Assembly (NCBI GenBank): GCA_045132775.1
Contig: JBGUSX010000156.1
Location: forward strand, 3,062-67,061
Direction of reading: 5' to 3'
DNA from: Eubacteriales bacterium
GTDB taxonomy: Bacteria > Bacillota > Clostridia > Oscillospirales > CAG-272
Length of the DNA stretch: 64,000 nucleotides
The notes below the pieces were generated by a model, which was not told the DNA's origin, searched no databases, and saw only the letters and a program-made list of their open reading frames with translations. This document shows, piece by piece, positions 7,919-16,893 of this stretch. The first letter of the stretch is position 1. Every line of letters starts with the position of its first letter. A program made the position numbers and the translations under genes.

Positions 7919-9526
7919 ATGGATATTACTAATTTCAGTCTGCTTTTCCCCGATGAAAAAAGTAAAAATGATCATTTGGCGGGTGCTTCCCGTCCCGACG
8001 TTGATATGTACACTCTCAACGAGCTCGGTATGCTTGAGATACTTGATCTCAAGAGCTCCGATCTCTCGGACTACCTCACTACCTCGCCTGCGGTAATGAA
8101 ATACAGGCTCGAGGTCTTTTCGGATATGATGAACTGTCCCGAGCTATCCGAGACGCTCGAAAAGCTGATCCCCGTTCTCACCGACGTTACTGAGCTTCGC
8201 AGGCTTGAGGCTGACAGTCAGAGCGATGATTATCTTTCAAGTATTACCGAAATTGAGCTTTATATTTCTTGCATTGAGATTCTCTACAACGGGTTCAAGA
8301 ATATTAAGGACAGGCTTCAAAGCCGTGCGTTCTCTCTCTTTGCCCAAAGGATCTCCGAGCTTGCAGAGTCCGACTATTACAAGGACCTCAACGAAAAGCT
8401 TAGCGAGCTTACCAAGCGCGTTCGTGAGATCAAGAGCGTTTCTATCGGTGTAAATCTTGATGCACAGCTCCGCCCCTCTTACGCGGGTGTTCTTTCTGTC
8501 AATGCCGAGCCCTTTAAGTCCGGTGACACTATTGACAAAATACTTCGTCTCAATTTCAAGGACGATGACTACACCTGCATTGCAAATCTCGTGCCATTTG
8601 GCAAGAGTCAATCCGATAATCAGAGAACTGCTCTGTCCACCGCGTTCAATTCTGCGATAAACGAGGTTTACCGCACGTCGCTTAAATCCTGGAAAAAGAT
8701 CGTTCATTCCTACGTGCTTGAGAACACTGATTTTCTTCTCGCGCTTATGCCCGAAATTGAATTTGTCGTCAAGGGCACCGAGATGCTCAACCGTCTCAAA
8801 GCTCGCGGCTGTGATCTTTGCACTCCAGAGATTTCCCCTATGGATCCCCCTGCTTTCAACGCGTGCGAGCTCTACAACCCCGTAGTTGCGCTCAAGCTCG
8901 GCGAGGGCGAGGAGATCGTAGCAAATGACGTAAGCTTTAACAAAGATGATGCGCTGATCTACGTTCTGACGGGTCCAAACCGCGGAGGAAAGTCGGTTGT
9001 TACCTGCGCTATGGGTCTTGCCGCTACTATGATGCAGCTTGGTATGTTCGTTCCTGCCAAGAGTGCCTCTATAAGTCCTGCGGATGCGATATACACTCAT
9101 TTCCCCACGGGTGCTGACGACACCATTGACAAGGGTCGACTCGGCGAGGAATGTGCGCGTCTTGGCGAGATATTCGACAGTGTTACCGAGCACAGCCTTG
9201 TTCTGCTTGACGAGTCATTCTCTTCAACCGGCTCTTACGAGGGTTCATACATTGCCGCCGAGGTGCTTTCGGGTATGAGCATGGTCGGTTGCCGTTGTCT
9301 CTTCGCAACTCACCTTCACGAGCTTGCGGCAGAGATCGATCGCATCAATGCCGATTCGCAGAAAAACGGCGGGGTGAAGATAGACACTCTTGTTGCCGGA
9401 ATTGAGGAAGGCAGAAGATCCTTCAAGATCTATCGCGCAAAGCCCGACGGAAAGAGCTATGCGCGAGATATAGCTGACAGATACGGTCTGACCTACGAAA
9501 ATATACTTAAGAAGATAGGCAAATAA
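7919..9526 (+). CDS. MutS-related ATPase (MutS domain V only; lacks the mismatch-binding domain)
   Basis: 535 aa. Walker A 'GPNRGGKS', Walker B 'VLLDESFSSTG', and 'FATHLHELA'. No N-terminal 'GDFYE'-type mismatch-recognition motif. Starts 18 nt after the PHP gene. Confidence 0.8.
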   Translation: MDITNFSLLFPDEKSKNDHLAGASRPDVDMYTLNELGMLEILDLKSSDLSDYLTTSPAVMKYRLEVFSDMMNCPELSETLEKLIPVLTDVTELRRLEADSQSDDYLSSITEIELYISCIEILYNGFKNIKDRLQSRAFSLFAQRISELAESDYYKDLNEKLSELTKRVREIKSVSIGVNLDAQLRPSYAGVLSVNAEPFKSGDTIDKILRLNFKDDDYTCIANLVPFGKSQSDNQRTALSTAFNSAINEVYRTSLKSWKKIVHSYVLENTDFLLALMPEIEFVVKGTEMLNRLKARGCDLCTPEISPMDPPAFNACELYNPVVALKLGEGEEIVANDVSFNKDDALIYVLTGPNRGGKSVVTCAMGLAATMMQLGMFVPAKSASISPADAIYTHFPTGADDTIDKGRLGEECARLGEIFDSVTEHSLVLLDESFSSTGSYEGSYIAAEVLSGMSMVGCRCLFATHLHELAAEIDRINADSQKNGGVKIDTLVAGIEEGRRSFKIYRAKPDGKSYARDIADRYGLTYENILKKIGK

Positions 9527-9654
9527 CGTTAAAGGGGCTACGTCATTTGCGTAGCCCCTGCGCACAAAAGCCGACGGTAGGCTTTTGTGAAGCGCGGAAT
9601 TTGCGGTTTTTGCCTGTAAAACAGGCAAAAATTGCGGTGTTTAGCCGCAAAGCA

Positions 9655-9704
9655 AAAACGACGGGGGTGAGTACCAAATGCATTTTTGCATTTGACTCAC
9701 CCCC
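9655..9704 (-). terminator. Intrinsic terminator of the SLH gene
   Basis: 10-bp outer stem gggggtgagt / actcaccccc (9663-9672 / 9695-9704) with an inner palindrome aaatgca..tgcattt. On the minus strand it is followed by gtcgtttttgc. Confidence 0.65.
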
Positions 9705-9711
9705 TTATTTC

Positions 9712-11073
9712 TTATTTGTTGATCAACTGCATCGTTTTATTGAGCAGCTTTGCCATATCTCCTCTTGTTACGGTCTCGTTTGCTCCGACCGTTTTGTCGG
9801 GAAATTCGAGTATCCCAAGAGTATAGAGAGATTCTATTGCCGCGCTTGACCAGGACGGGATCGCATCTGCATCCGCAAATGCAGGGGTTACGTCGGGCTT
9901 TGCATAGCCGATCATATTACTGATTATCACTGCCGCCTCGGAGAGCTTTATTTTTTCGTTGGGCTTGAAATATATCTCTCCGTCAGACTTCGTTCCGCTT
10001 ATATAGCCCTTAGAATAGGCAAGAGATATATACCCTTTCATCTCGGGACTGATATCTTCATCGTCGGCAAATCCCGTGTCCTTTACCTCGGGAACGCTCT
10101 TTATTCCGATCGCGTTCATTGCCGTCACAACGAGCTCGGCTCTGCTTACTTCTCTATCCGCCTCGAAGTAGAAATAGTCTCCTACCTGCACTCCGTTCAT
10201 CAGTCCCTTTTCGGTCACCGCGAGTGCGTGGCTATAAAGCTCGTTGTCAATCATATCACTGTAGACCGTGGAGGTTCTTTGTGCGTTTACCTCGATAGTC
10301 ACTCTTGCCGCAGAGCTATAATTCCCGTATTTGTCTCTGACCACGTAGACAAAGCTGTCCTCTCCCGTATAGTTTCCTATGGGGGAATACGTATAGGTTC
10401 CGAGCTTCTTGTCGGTAAGTGTCAGTATTCCGTGGGCAGGATAGTCAACAATCTCATACGTGAGCTCGTCGTCCTCGGGGTCGTATGCGGAGAGCACTCC
10501 TCCGATCTTGATGCCCTTGTACGTTTCATTATTGAGCGAGATATATGATGCGGTTTTCACTGTGGGTGAATAGTTTACCGAATCTATCATGAAGATATTG
10601 CATACCATCTCATAAGCGCTTCCGTTCACTGTAAACTTAAAACTTGCGGAACGTCCGACACCTCCTGCGGCTTCCTCGTAAGTCATCAGTGCGATATCGC
10701 TCGCGCTAAGGCTCTGCCCGACCGACACTCCATTGCTGCCTATATACAGAGCTCCGCAAGAGATGTCAGGCAACTCTGTAACGGTGATCTTATCGATCTG
10801 CCCGAGGTTCATTGCACACGCAAATCTGTCCGCTGAAAAATTAAGAGCGTTTCCCTTTATTCCTGCTACCGCCATTTGATTTTGATTAGCTATAACGTCA
10901 AGAGCGCAGGAAACAGTGTTTTGCTCGCTCGCAATAACGTTTGCACCCGTGGAAATCAAGGAATGCAGTGCGGAGCTCTGTCCGTCATCCTCTGCGGCAA
11001 CGGCTGTACACATAAGAGTGCACGCAAGTGCGCCTGCAAACAAAAAAATAAATAATTTGGTTATACCCTTCAT
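9712..11073 (-). CDS. Secreted S-layer-homology (SLH) domain cell-wall protein with an Ig/cadherin-like domain
   Basis: 453 aa. Signal peptide 'MKGITKLFIFLFAGALACTLMCTAVAA'. 'TYTYSPxxNYTGEDSFVYVVRDKYGNYSSAARVTIEV'. C-terminal SLH-like repeats ('FADDEDISPEMKGYISLAYSKGYISG', 'FADADAIPSWSSAAIESLYTLGIL'). Confidence 0.8.
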   Translation of the reverse strand: MKGITKLFIFLFAGALACTLMCTAVAAEDDGQSSALHSLISTGANVIASEQNTVSCALDVIANQNQMAVAGIKGNALNFSADRFACAMNLGQIDKITVTELPDISCGALYIGSNGVSVGQSLSASDIALMTYEEAAGGVGRSASFKFTVNGSAYEMVCNIFMIDSVNYSPTVKTASYISLNNETYKGIKIGGVLSAYDPEDDELTYEIVDYPAHGILTLTDKKLGTYTYSPIGNYTGEDSFVYVVRDKYGNYSSAARVTIEVNAQRTSTVYSDMIDNELYSHALAVTEKGLMNGVQVGDYFYFEADREVSRAELVVTAMNAIGIKSVPEVKDTGFADDEDISPEMKGYISLAYSKGYISGTKSDGEIYFKPNEKIKLSEAAVIISNMIGYAKPDVTPAFADADAIPSWSSAAIESLYTLGILEFPDKTVGANETVTRGDMAKLLNKTMQLINK

Positions 11074-11241
11074 AGCATCCTCCCGAAAAATTCATCTGTA
11101 AAATTATATTTTCGGTGTTTTCCAAATATTACGCGGTCTGCCTTTATTTTACCTGTTTATTTTTGAAACAAGTTACAAATTATTCGCACTTTTCCATCTT
11201 TCGTGTGGTATAATCAGTATATATCTTTTTCGGGGGGCAAA

Positions 11242-12195
11242 ATGGACTTTATTATTTCTAAAGAGGACTCAGGGCGAACGGTTCTCTCTTTTTTGAAAAA
11301 TAAAATTAAAATATCACGCTCTGCTCTTGCCTCTCTTAAAAGGATCGAGGACGGGATATGCGCGAACGAAAATCACGTTACGGTACGCTACGTGCTTTGC
11401 GAGGGTGACGTTCTTTCAATTCGCGAAAAGGATTCGTTTGACGACGTAAACGACGCGGTCGAGCCACACAGTATTCCTCTTGATGTTATTCTTGAAACGA
11501 GCGATCTTTTTTTGATCGACAAGCCGCCTTATATGCCCACTCATCCTTCGCACAATCACACCGATGATACCCTTGCAAACGCGATTGCCCATATCTACAA
11601 AGAACGCGAAGAGCCTCTTGTTTTCCGTCCTATAGGCAGGCTTGACAGAAATACGAGCGGGATCTCTCTTGTGGCTAAGCACGCTATTTCGGCTTCTTTT
11701 CTCCACTATGCAAAGACTCACGGAATGATAAAAAAGAAATACGTTGCCTTGCTTGAGGGAAGGATCTGTTCCGACAGCGATTGGCACACCACCACAACGT
11801 ATATGAAGCGCATGGAGGAAAGTGTTATCGTCAGGTGTGTCGGTGATGAATCCGACCCCGACTCCTTTATTTCGATAACACATTGGAGGGTGTTGTTTGC
11901 AAATGACAACATTAGTTTGGTCGAGGCAATACCCGAGACCGGACGGACGCATCAGCTGAGAGTTCATTTTGCACATTTGGGTCATCCTATGATCGGTGAC
12001 GATATATACGGTCAGGAAAGCGAGCTTATCGGCCGGCACGCGCTCCACGCATACAGTCTCTCGCTCCCTCTTCCGTATGAGGAGAAAATACATACGTTCG
12101 TGTCAATGCCTCCCGAGGATATGTCAAAGTGCTTTTTGGCACTCAGCGGAATTTCTCTTGAAGATATAATACCAAAAGAAAAGGAAAATACATGA
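11242..12195 (+). CDS. RluA-family 23S rRNA/tRNA pseudouridine synthase
   Basis: S4-like N-terminus. Catalytic 'GRLDRNTSG'. 'GRTHQLRVHFAHLGHPMIGDDIYG'. Start set at the internal ATG ('MDFIISKED'). Confidence 0.85.
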   Translation: MDFIISKEDSGRTVLSFLKNKIKISRSALASLKRIEDGICANENHVTVRYVLCEGDVLSIREKDSFDDVNDAVEPHSIPLDVILETSDLFLIDKPPYMPTHPSHNHTDDTLANAIAHIYKEREEPLVFRPIGRLDRNTSGISLVAKHAISASFLHYAKTHGMIKKKYVALLEGRICSDSDWHTTTTYMKRMEESVIVRCVGDESDPDSFISITHWRVLFANDNISLVEAIPETGRTHQLRVHFAHLGHPMIGDDIYGQESELIGRHALHAYSLSLPLPYEEKIHTFVSMPPEDMSKCFLALSGISLEDIIPKEKENT

Positions 12196-13403
12196 AAAAA
12201 GAAAAGAAAAAAGCTCCCGTATCGTCGATAGATACCGAGCAGATAATCAATACTGCGGAATATGATGCTCTCCCACCCGAAGAAAAGGTGCTTTGGGCAA
12301 AAATTCATCCCAAATATGAAAAAATACCGCTATGGAGCAAGATTTCACTTATTTTGCTTGCATTATCGGTTATTGTGTACATTCTGATATGTGTTTCTAC
12401 GCCTTTTGCTGATTTTTTTAATAAGTACGTAAGCGGTGCGCTTCGGTTTATCCTTGCACAGATAACGAGCATAATTCCGTTTTCGATCGCTGAATCCGTG
12501 ATACTGCTGATTCCCGTAATATTGTTCCTGATAATCCGATACGTATGGAAATACAGGTGCAATACAAGACGCTCGACTATGGTGACCGTTGTCTGCATAC
12601 TGTCTGTTGCTTCTCTATTTGTTTCGGGATTCGTTCTGATTTTCTCCGCAGGATATCGCACGACCGAGCTTGACGAAAAGCTTGGTATAGAGACCCAGCC
12701 GATTGGTAAATATGATCTTTATAATTCATCGGTATATCTTGCGGAAGAGATAAACAAGCTTGCTCCCGAGATAGAATACGATGTAGATGGTTTTTCGGTT
12801 ATGCCATATTCGATGAGCGAGATGAACACAAAGCTTCTTGAGGCTTATGACAAATTCTGTGAGAAAAACAAGTTTCTCAACAACTTCCCAAGCCGCCTCA
12901 AGCCCGTGCTTATGAGCGAAGGAATGTCTTACGCTCACATAACCGGAGTCTATACGTTCTTTACGGGTGAGTCAAATCTCAACGTTGGTTTCCCCGATTA
13001 CACGATACCTTACACTGCCGCGCACGAGCTCGCTCACCAAAGAGGAATTGCCCGTGAGGACGAGGCAAATATGATCGCATTTCTTGTCTGCATGGAATCA
13101 GATGACACATATATCAGATACTGTGCGTACGTGAATATGTACGAATACGTTGCAAACGCACTATACAAAGCAGACAAGGAGCTTTTCAAAAAGGCTGACG
13201 AAAATCTTGCTCGCGAGGTTTATACCGAGCAGGTAGCATACAGCAAATTCTTCAAAAAATACCAAAAATCCGTGACGAGTCAGATAAGCGGTACGGTCAA
13301 CGATATTTACCTTCAATCTCAAGGTACTGTGGGTAAAAAAAGCTACGGAATGGTCGTTGATATAACGGTCGCATATCTTAAAGATCTCGGTCATATAGAA
13401 TAA
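12192..13403 (+). CDS. DUF3810-family membrane metalloprotease-like protein
   Basis: 403 aa. Several N-terminal TM helices. HExxH-type 'AAHELAHQRG'. 4-nt overlap with the rluA-family stop. Confidence 0.65.
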   Translation: MKKEKKKAPVSSIDTEQIINTAEYDALPPEEKVLWAKIHPKYEKIPLWSKISLILLALSVIVYILICVSTPFADFFNKYVSGALRFILAQITSIIPFSIAESVILLIPVILFLIIRYVWKYRCNTRRSTMVTVVCILSVASLFVSGFVLIFSAGYRTTELDEKLGIETQPIGKYDLYNSSVYLAEEINKLAPEIEYDVDGFSVMPYSMSEMNTKLLEAYDKFCEKNKFLNNFPSRLKPVLMSEGMSYAHITGVYTFFTGESNLNVGFPDYTIPYTAAHELAHQRGIAREDEANMIAFLVCMESDDTYIRYCAYVNMYEYVANALYKADKELFKKADENLAREVYTEQVAYSKFFKKYQKSVTSQISGTVNDIYLQSQGTVGKKSYGMVVDITVAYLKDLGHIE

Positions 13404-13435
13404 AAATATCCGCCGACAGCTATCGGCGGATATTT

Positions 13436-14281
13436 TTATTCGTAATATTTTTCAACTAATCCTTTGAGATATTTCATTGATCTTGCGATCTCATCTGCCT
13501 GCGCACCGTCGCGGATCTCACGTTCAATAGTAACGAAGCGGTCATATCCGAGATCGTGAAGCATTGAAAACACCTTTTCAAAATCAACGTGTCCTTCTCC
13601 AATATTCACTTCCTTGCCTATCCTACGCGGGTCTGTGGGCGGAAGTCCGTCCTTTGCGTGAACATTGCGCACGTATTTGCCGTACGTATATAACGCATCG
13701 ACGGGGTTTCCGAACCCGTACATAATTATGTTTCCTGTGTCAAGGTTTATGAAAACGTTGTCAAGTCCGATGTCTCCGATGAGTCGCAAAAGGCTTATAG
13801 GTGACTCGCCGCCTGTCTCGAAAAGGAAATTCATTTCATTCTTTTTCAGTGCTTCGGCGATGATCCTTACCGAACAGACCATTTCGGAATACTCACGCTC
13901 GAAAGGATTGTTCGGCACGTGTCCTGAATGGACGATCATATCGGTTACACCGAGTCTTTTCATAAAAGGAATGACTGACAAGATATACTTTGTTCGGCTT
14001 TCACGGAATGCGGGAGAGTTCAAGCCCGCATTATGAAAATCAAAGAAATTATCGAACTTCGTATAGGGGTCGCGGTACCCTGCAAACTGTGCAGATATCT
14101 CGATACCGTGCTTCTCTGCAGATTCTCTGATAATATCCGCATCGTTAAGGTTATACACCTCAGGCTTGTAAACAAGCTGGCAGGAATCAAGACCCATTGC
14201 TTTTATTTCAGAAAATTTCTCGTCACATACGGCTTTAATGTCCGCACCCTCGGGAATTCTCACAAAAGTTCCGAATTTCAT
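13436..14281 (-). CDS. Sugar phosphate isomerase/epimerase (xylose-isomerase-like TIM barrel)
   Basis: 'FETGGESP', 'INLDTGN', 'HAKDG', 'VTIERE' motifs. Start placed at 14281 (MKFGTF) to avoid overlapping the upstream gene; 14323 is an alternative. Confidence 0.78.
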   Translation of the reverse strand: MKFGTFVRIPEGADIKAVCDEKFSEIKAMGLDSCQLVYKPEVYNLNDADIIRESAEKHGIEISAQFAGYRDPYTKFDNFFDFHNAGLNSPAFRESRTKYILSVIPFMKRLGVTDMIVHSGHVPNNPFEREYSEMVCSVRIIAEALKKNEMNFLFETGGESPISLLRLIGDIGLDNVFINLDTGNIIMYGFGNPVDALYTYGKYVRNVHAKDGLPPTDPRRIGKEVNIGEGHVDFEKVFSMLHDLGYDRFVTIEREIRDGAQADEIARSMKYLKGLVEKYYE

Positions 14282-14297
14282 TTTTACTCTCTGCTCC

Positions 14298-15380
14298 TTA
14301 TTTGCCTGCAAACATTTCTTCAACAGTCACGGCTCTTCCAAGCTGACTCGAAAGCTTGGCGGCATCAACAGCTACCTGGCTATAAAGTCCCTCGGAGATC
14401 GTTGCGGCATATTCATCTCTGTTGCCCATAAGAAGATCGACGAAGGAACGGCTCTGTCCGCGCGCCTTGAATTCTGCGGGGACCTCGATCTCAACGAATG
14501 TATCAGTTGCAACGTTTTCTCCCGTACAACGAAGAAGCACCTGTTTGCCCTTATCGTATATGAAGCGAAGCGCTCCCTTTGAACCGATAACATAAAACTC
14601 TATCTTGTCCTTTTCGGTCGTGACAGTTCTCGATACACTTATATTGGCACCTATGCCGCTCTTCATTTTACAGATGACCTCAGCCCAGTCATCAGTTGTT
14701 ACATCACCCCATTCATCTGAATCGATAAGCTGACGGCGCTTGACTATGGTTCCTCTCTCGCAGGAGATCCTGTCAAACTCCTGTCCAAAAAATCTGATAG
14801 TATCGAACATATGAGAACCGAGGTCACAAAGAACTCCCGAGCTTGCTCGCTCCTCTATGAATCTCCACTCAAGGCGGCGTCCTTCCCACAATCCGCTGTT
14901 CTTGATACAGTTGATGTAAAGATGATAGATCTCCCCGATCTCGCCTTGATCTATAAGGTATTTCATATATCGTGGAAAATCACGATAACGCCAGGAGAAG
15001 CAGACGAATACGGGAAGTCCCTTTTCTTTTGCTTTTTTCTCAATTGCCAAGCTCTCATCAAAATCCATACCTATAGGCTTTTCTATGCTGACTGCAAGTC
15101 CTGCATCCAGTGCCGCGAGCGCGATCTTTGCGTGAGCATCGTTTGACGTACAGATGTCTACTGCATCAACAAGACCGCTTGCGATGAGGTCACGGTAATC
15201 GGCATATCTGTTTTCTTCGGGAATGCTGAGTCTGTCGCCTGTTTTTTTGAGAGCCTTGGGATCGATATCACAGATCGCGGTTATTTCGCAATCATCCATA
15301 CAATTTTCAAGATAACCTGGGATATGCGCTGCGTTACATATTCCTCCCGTTCCAATAAGTCCGATCCTGATCTTTTTCAT
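14298..15380 (-). CDS. Gfo/Idh/MocA-family NAD(P)-dependent oxidoreductase
   Basis: 'MKKIRIGLIGTGGICNAAHIPGY' Rossmann N-terminus and 'EKPIG' motif. Confidence 0.85.
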   Translation of the reverse strand: MKKIRIGLIGTGGICNAAHIPGYLENCMDDCEITAICDIDPKALKKTGDRLSIPEENRYADYRDLIASGLVDAVDICTSNDAHAKIALAALDAGLAVSIEKPIGMDFDESLAIEKKAKEKGLPVFVCFSWRYRDFPRYMKYLIDQGEIGEIYHLYINCIKNSGLWEGRRLEWRFIEERASSGVLCDLGSHMFDTIRFFGQEFDRISCERGTIVKRRQLIDSDEWGDVTTDDWAEVICKMKSGIGANISVSRTVTTEKDKIEFYVIGSKGALRFIYDKGKQVLLRCTGENVATDTFVEIEVPAEFKARGQSRSFVDLLMGNRDEYAATISEGLYSQVAVDAAKLSSQLGRAVTVEEMFAGK

Positions 15381-15564
15381 ATTTGTTACTTCCTTTCAAG
15401 ATACGTTTTTGAGACATCTCGCCCCACGGTTTCATTATAGGTGAAAAAAACTGCTTTTTCAAGAGAGTATTCGTGCATAAAAATGTATTATTCGATTTTT
15501 TTATAAAATCTATTGACTTTTTGTAGACTCGGTGTAAAATAAGAGATATGAGAGGTGATATATA

Positions 15565-16371
15565 TTGACGAGAATTGAAATGAACAACATACCATTTGTA
15601 GATTTTGATGTTAAAGGTATAAAAGCAAGCAACGCTGCTTTTTTTGCCAACACAGATGTTGACTATATGATAGAAGGCAGACAAAGATATCTTATCCATA
15701 TTTTAACGGACGGAACGAGAATCTACAAAACCGAGAAGGAATCGGTCACTGTGAGCTCGGGAACACTTATGTTCCTGCCTCACGGAACAAAATATTATAC
15801 AAAGGCTCTCGATGTTGGTAAAACATACTGCAAGGGATTGAGTGTGATATTTGATCTGGTGGATCAGGATGGAAATATGGTAGAGCTTGAAAATGACACG
15901 TTGCATATCAGGCATGATACACGGGGGGTTTTAGTAAAGCGCTGCGAGGCGATGCTGAAATGCACTCTTGAAAAGCCCGACAACATTCTTGAGATAAAGA
16001 GTCTTCTCCTTCGTCTTATTTCCGAAATTGTCAGTGATCCGAAAAAAATCCCTCCTGCCGAGCTTACTCCCGCATTCGATATGCTCTCAACGCGGTATAA
16101 GGAAAATCTCCCCGTCAAAGAGTATGCTGACAAGTGTCATATGAGTGAGAGCTACTTTCGCAAGAAGTTTACAGAATTCACCGGAAGATCTCCGATACAG
16201 TATCGCAATGAATTGCGTTTTGCTGAAGCCAGGAGGCTTTACTCGGAGGGTGCAACCATAAACGAGATTGCGAATGAGCTGGGGTTCTTCGATGCGGGAT
16301 ATTTCTCAAAAATGTACAAGAAATTTAACGGACACACACTGAAAAGCGAGTCTGACAAGGATATGATCTGA
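15565..16371 (+). CDS. AraC-family transcriptional regulator
   Basis: Cupin-like N-terminal half. C-terminal AraC HTH ('YADKCHMSESYFRKKFTEFTGRSPIQYRNELRFAEARRL', 'GFFDAGYFSKMYKKFNG'). Divergent from the oxidoreductase/isomerase pair. TTG start with a GAGGTGA RBS. Confidence 0.85.
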   Translation: MTRIEMNNIPFVDFDVKGIKASNAAFFANTDVDYMIEGRQRYLIHILTDGTRIYKTEKESVTVSSGTLMFLPHGTKYYTKALDVGKTYCKGLSVIFDLVDQDGNMVELENDTLHIRHDTRGVLVKRCEAMLKCTLEKPDNILEIKSLLLRLISEIVSDPKKIPPAELTPAFDMLSTRYKENLPVKEYADKCHMSESYFRKKFTEFTGRSPIQYRNELRFAEARRLYSEGATINEIANELGFFDAGYFSKMYKKFNGHTLKSESDKDMI

Positions 16372-16446
16372 GCGATCGCTCTATCTCGGAACCCACAAAA
16401 GACGTGCTGAAGCTACACTAAAAATTTAATAAAAGATTGTCAAAAA

Positions 16447-16484
16447 ATCGCCTCACGGCATAAAATAAACGTGAGGCGATTTTT
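16447..16484 (+). terminator. Intrinsic terminator after the araC-family gene
   Basis: Stem atcgcctcac / gtgaggcgat (16447-16456 / 16471-16480), followed by tttt. Confidence 0.65.
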
Positions 16485-16893
16485 GTATTTTTATGCATTT
16501 TTAATGTCGCACTGTATTGATATATGGATACAACGACATAATTTTTTGTATGTTTTAATATTTTATTCATCCTATATTCATCTTTCGTGTCTTTAGACTT
16601 GTTTTGTTAAAAAATACAACCTTTTAAATCAAATTTAGAACATTCGTATTTTCTGCTTTGTCATATATATTTCTTTCGTTTTTAGTTTTTATTTTTACAA
16701 AAAATGTAAATAAATTATAAACATTTCCCTTTTGATATTTACATTTTTATGCATATATGATATAATATATACATCGCACGAATAAAGAAAATAACATAAT
16801 TCGACAGCTTATTTACAGTCGGTGCTCCCGACGAAATTATAAAATAAATTTACTTCACGGTGACGTCATCATCGCGAAATTCAGGAGGAAATT

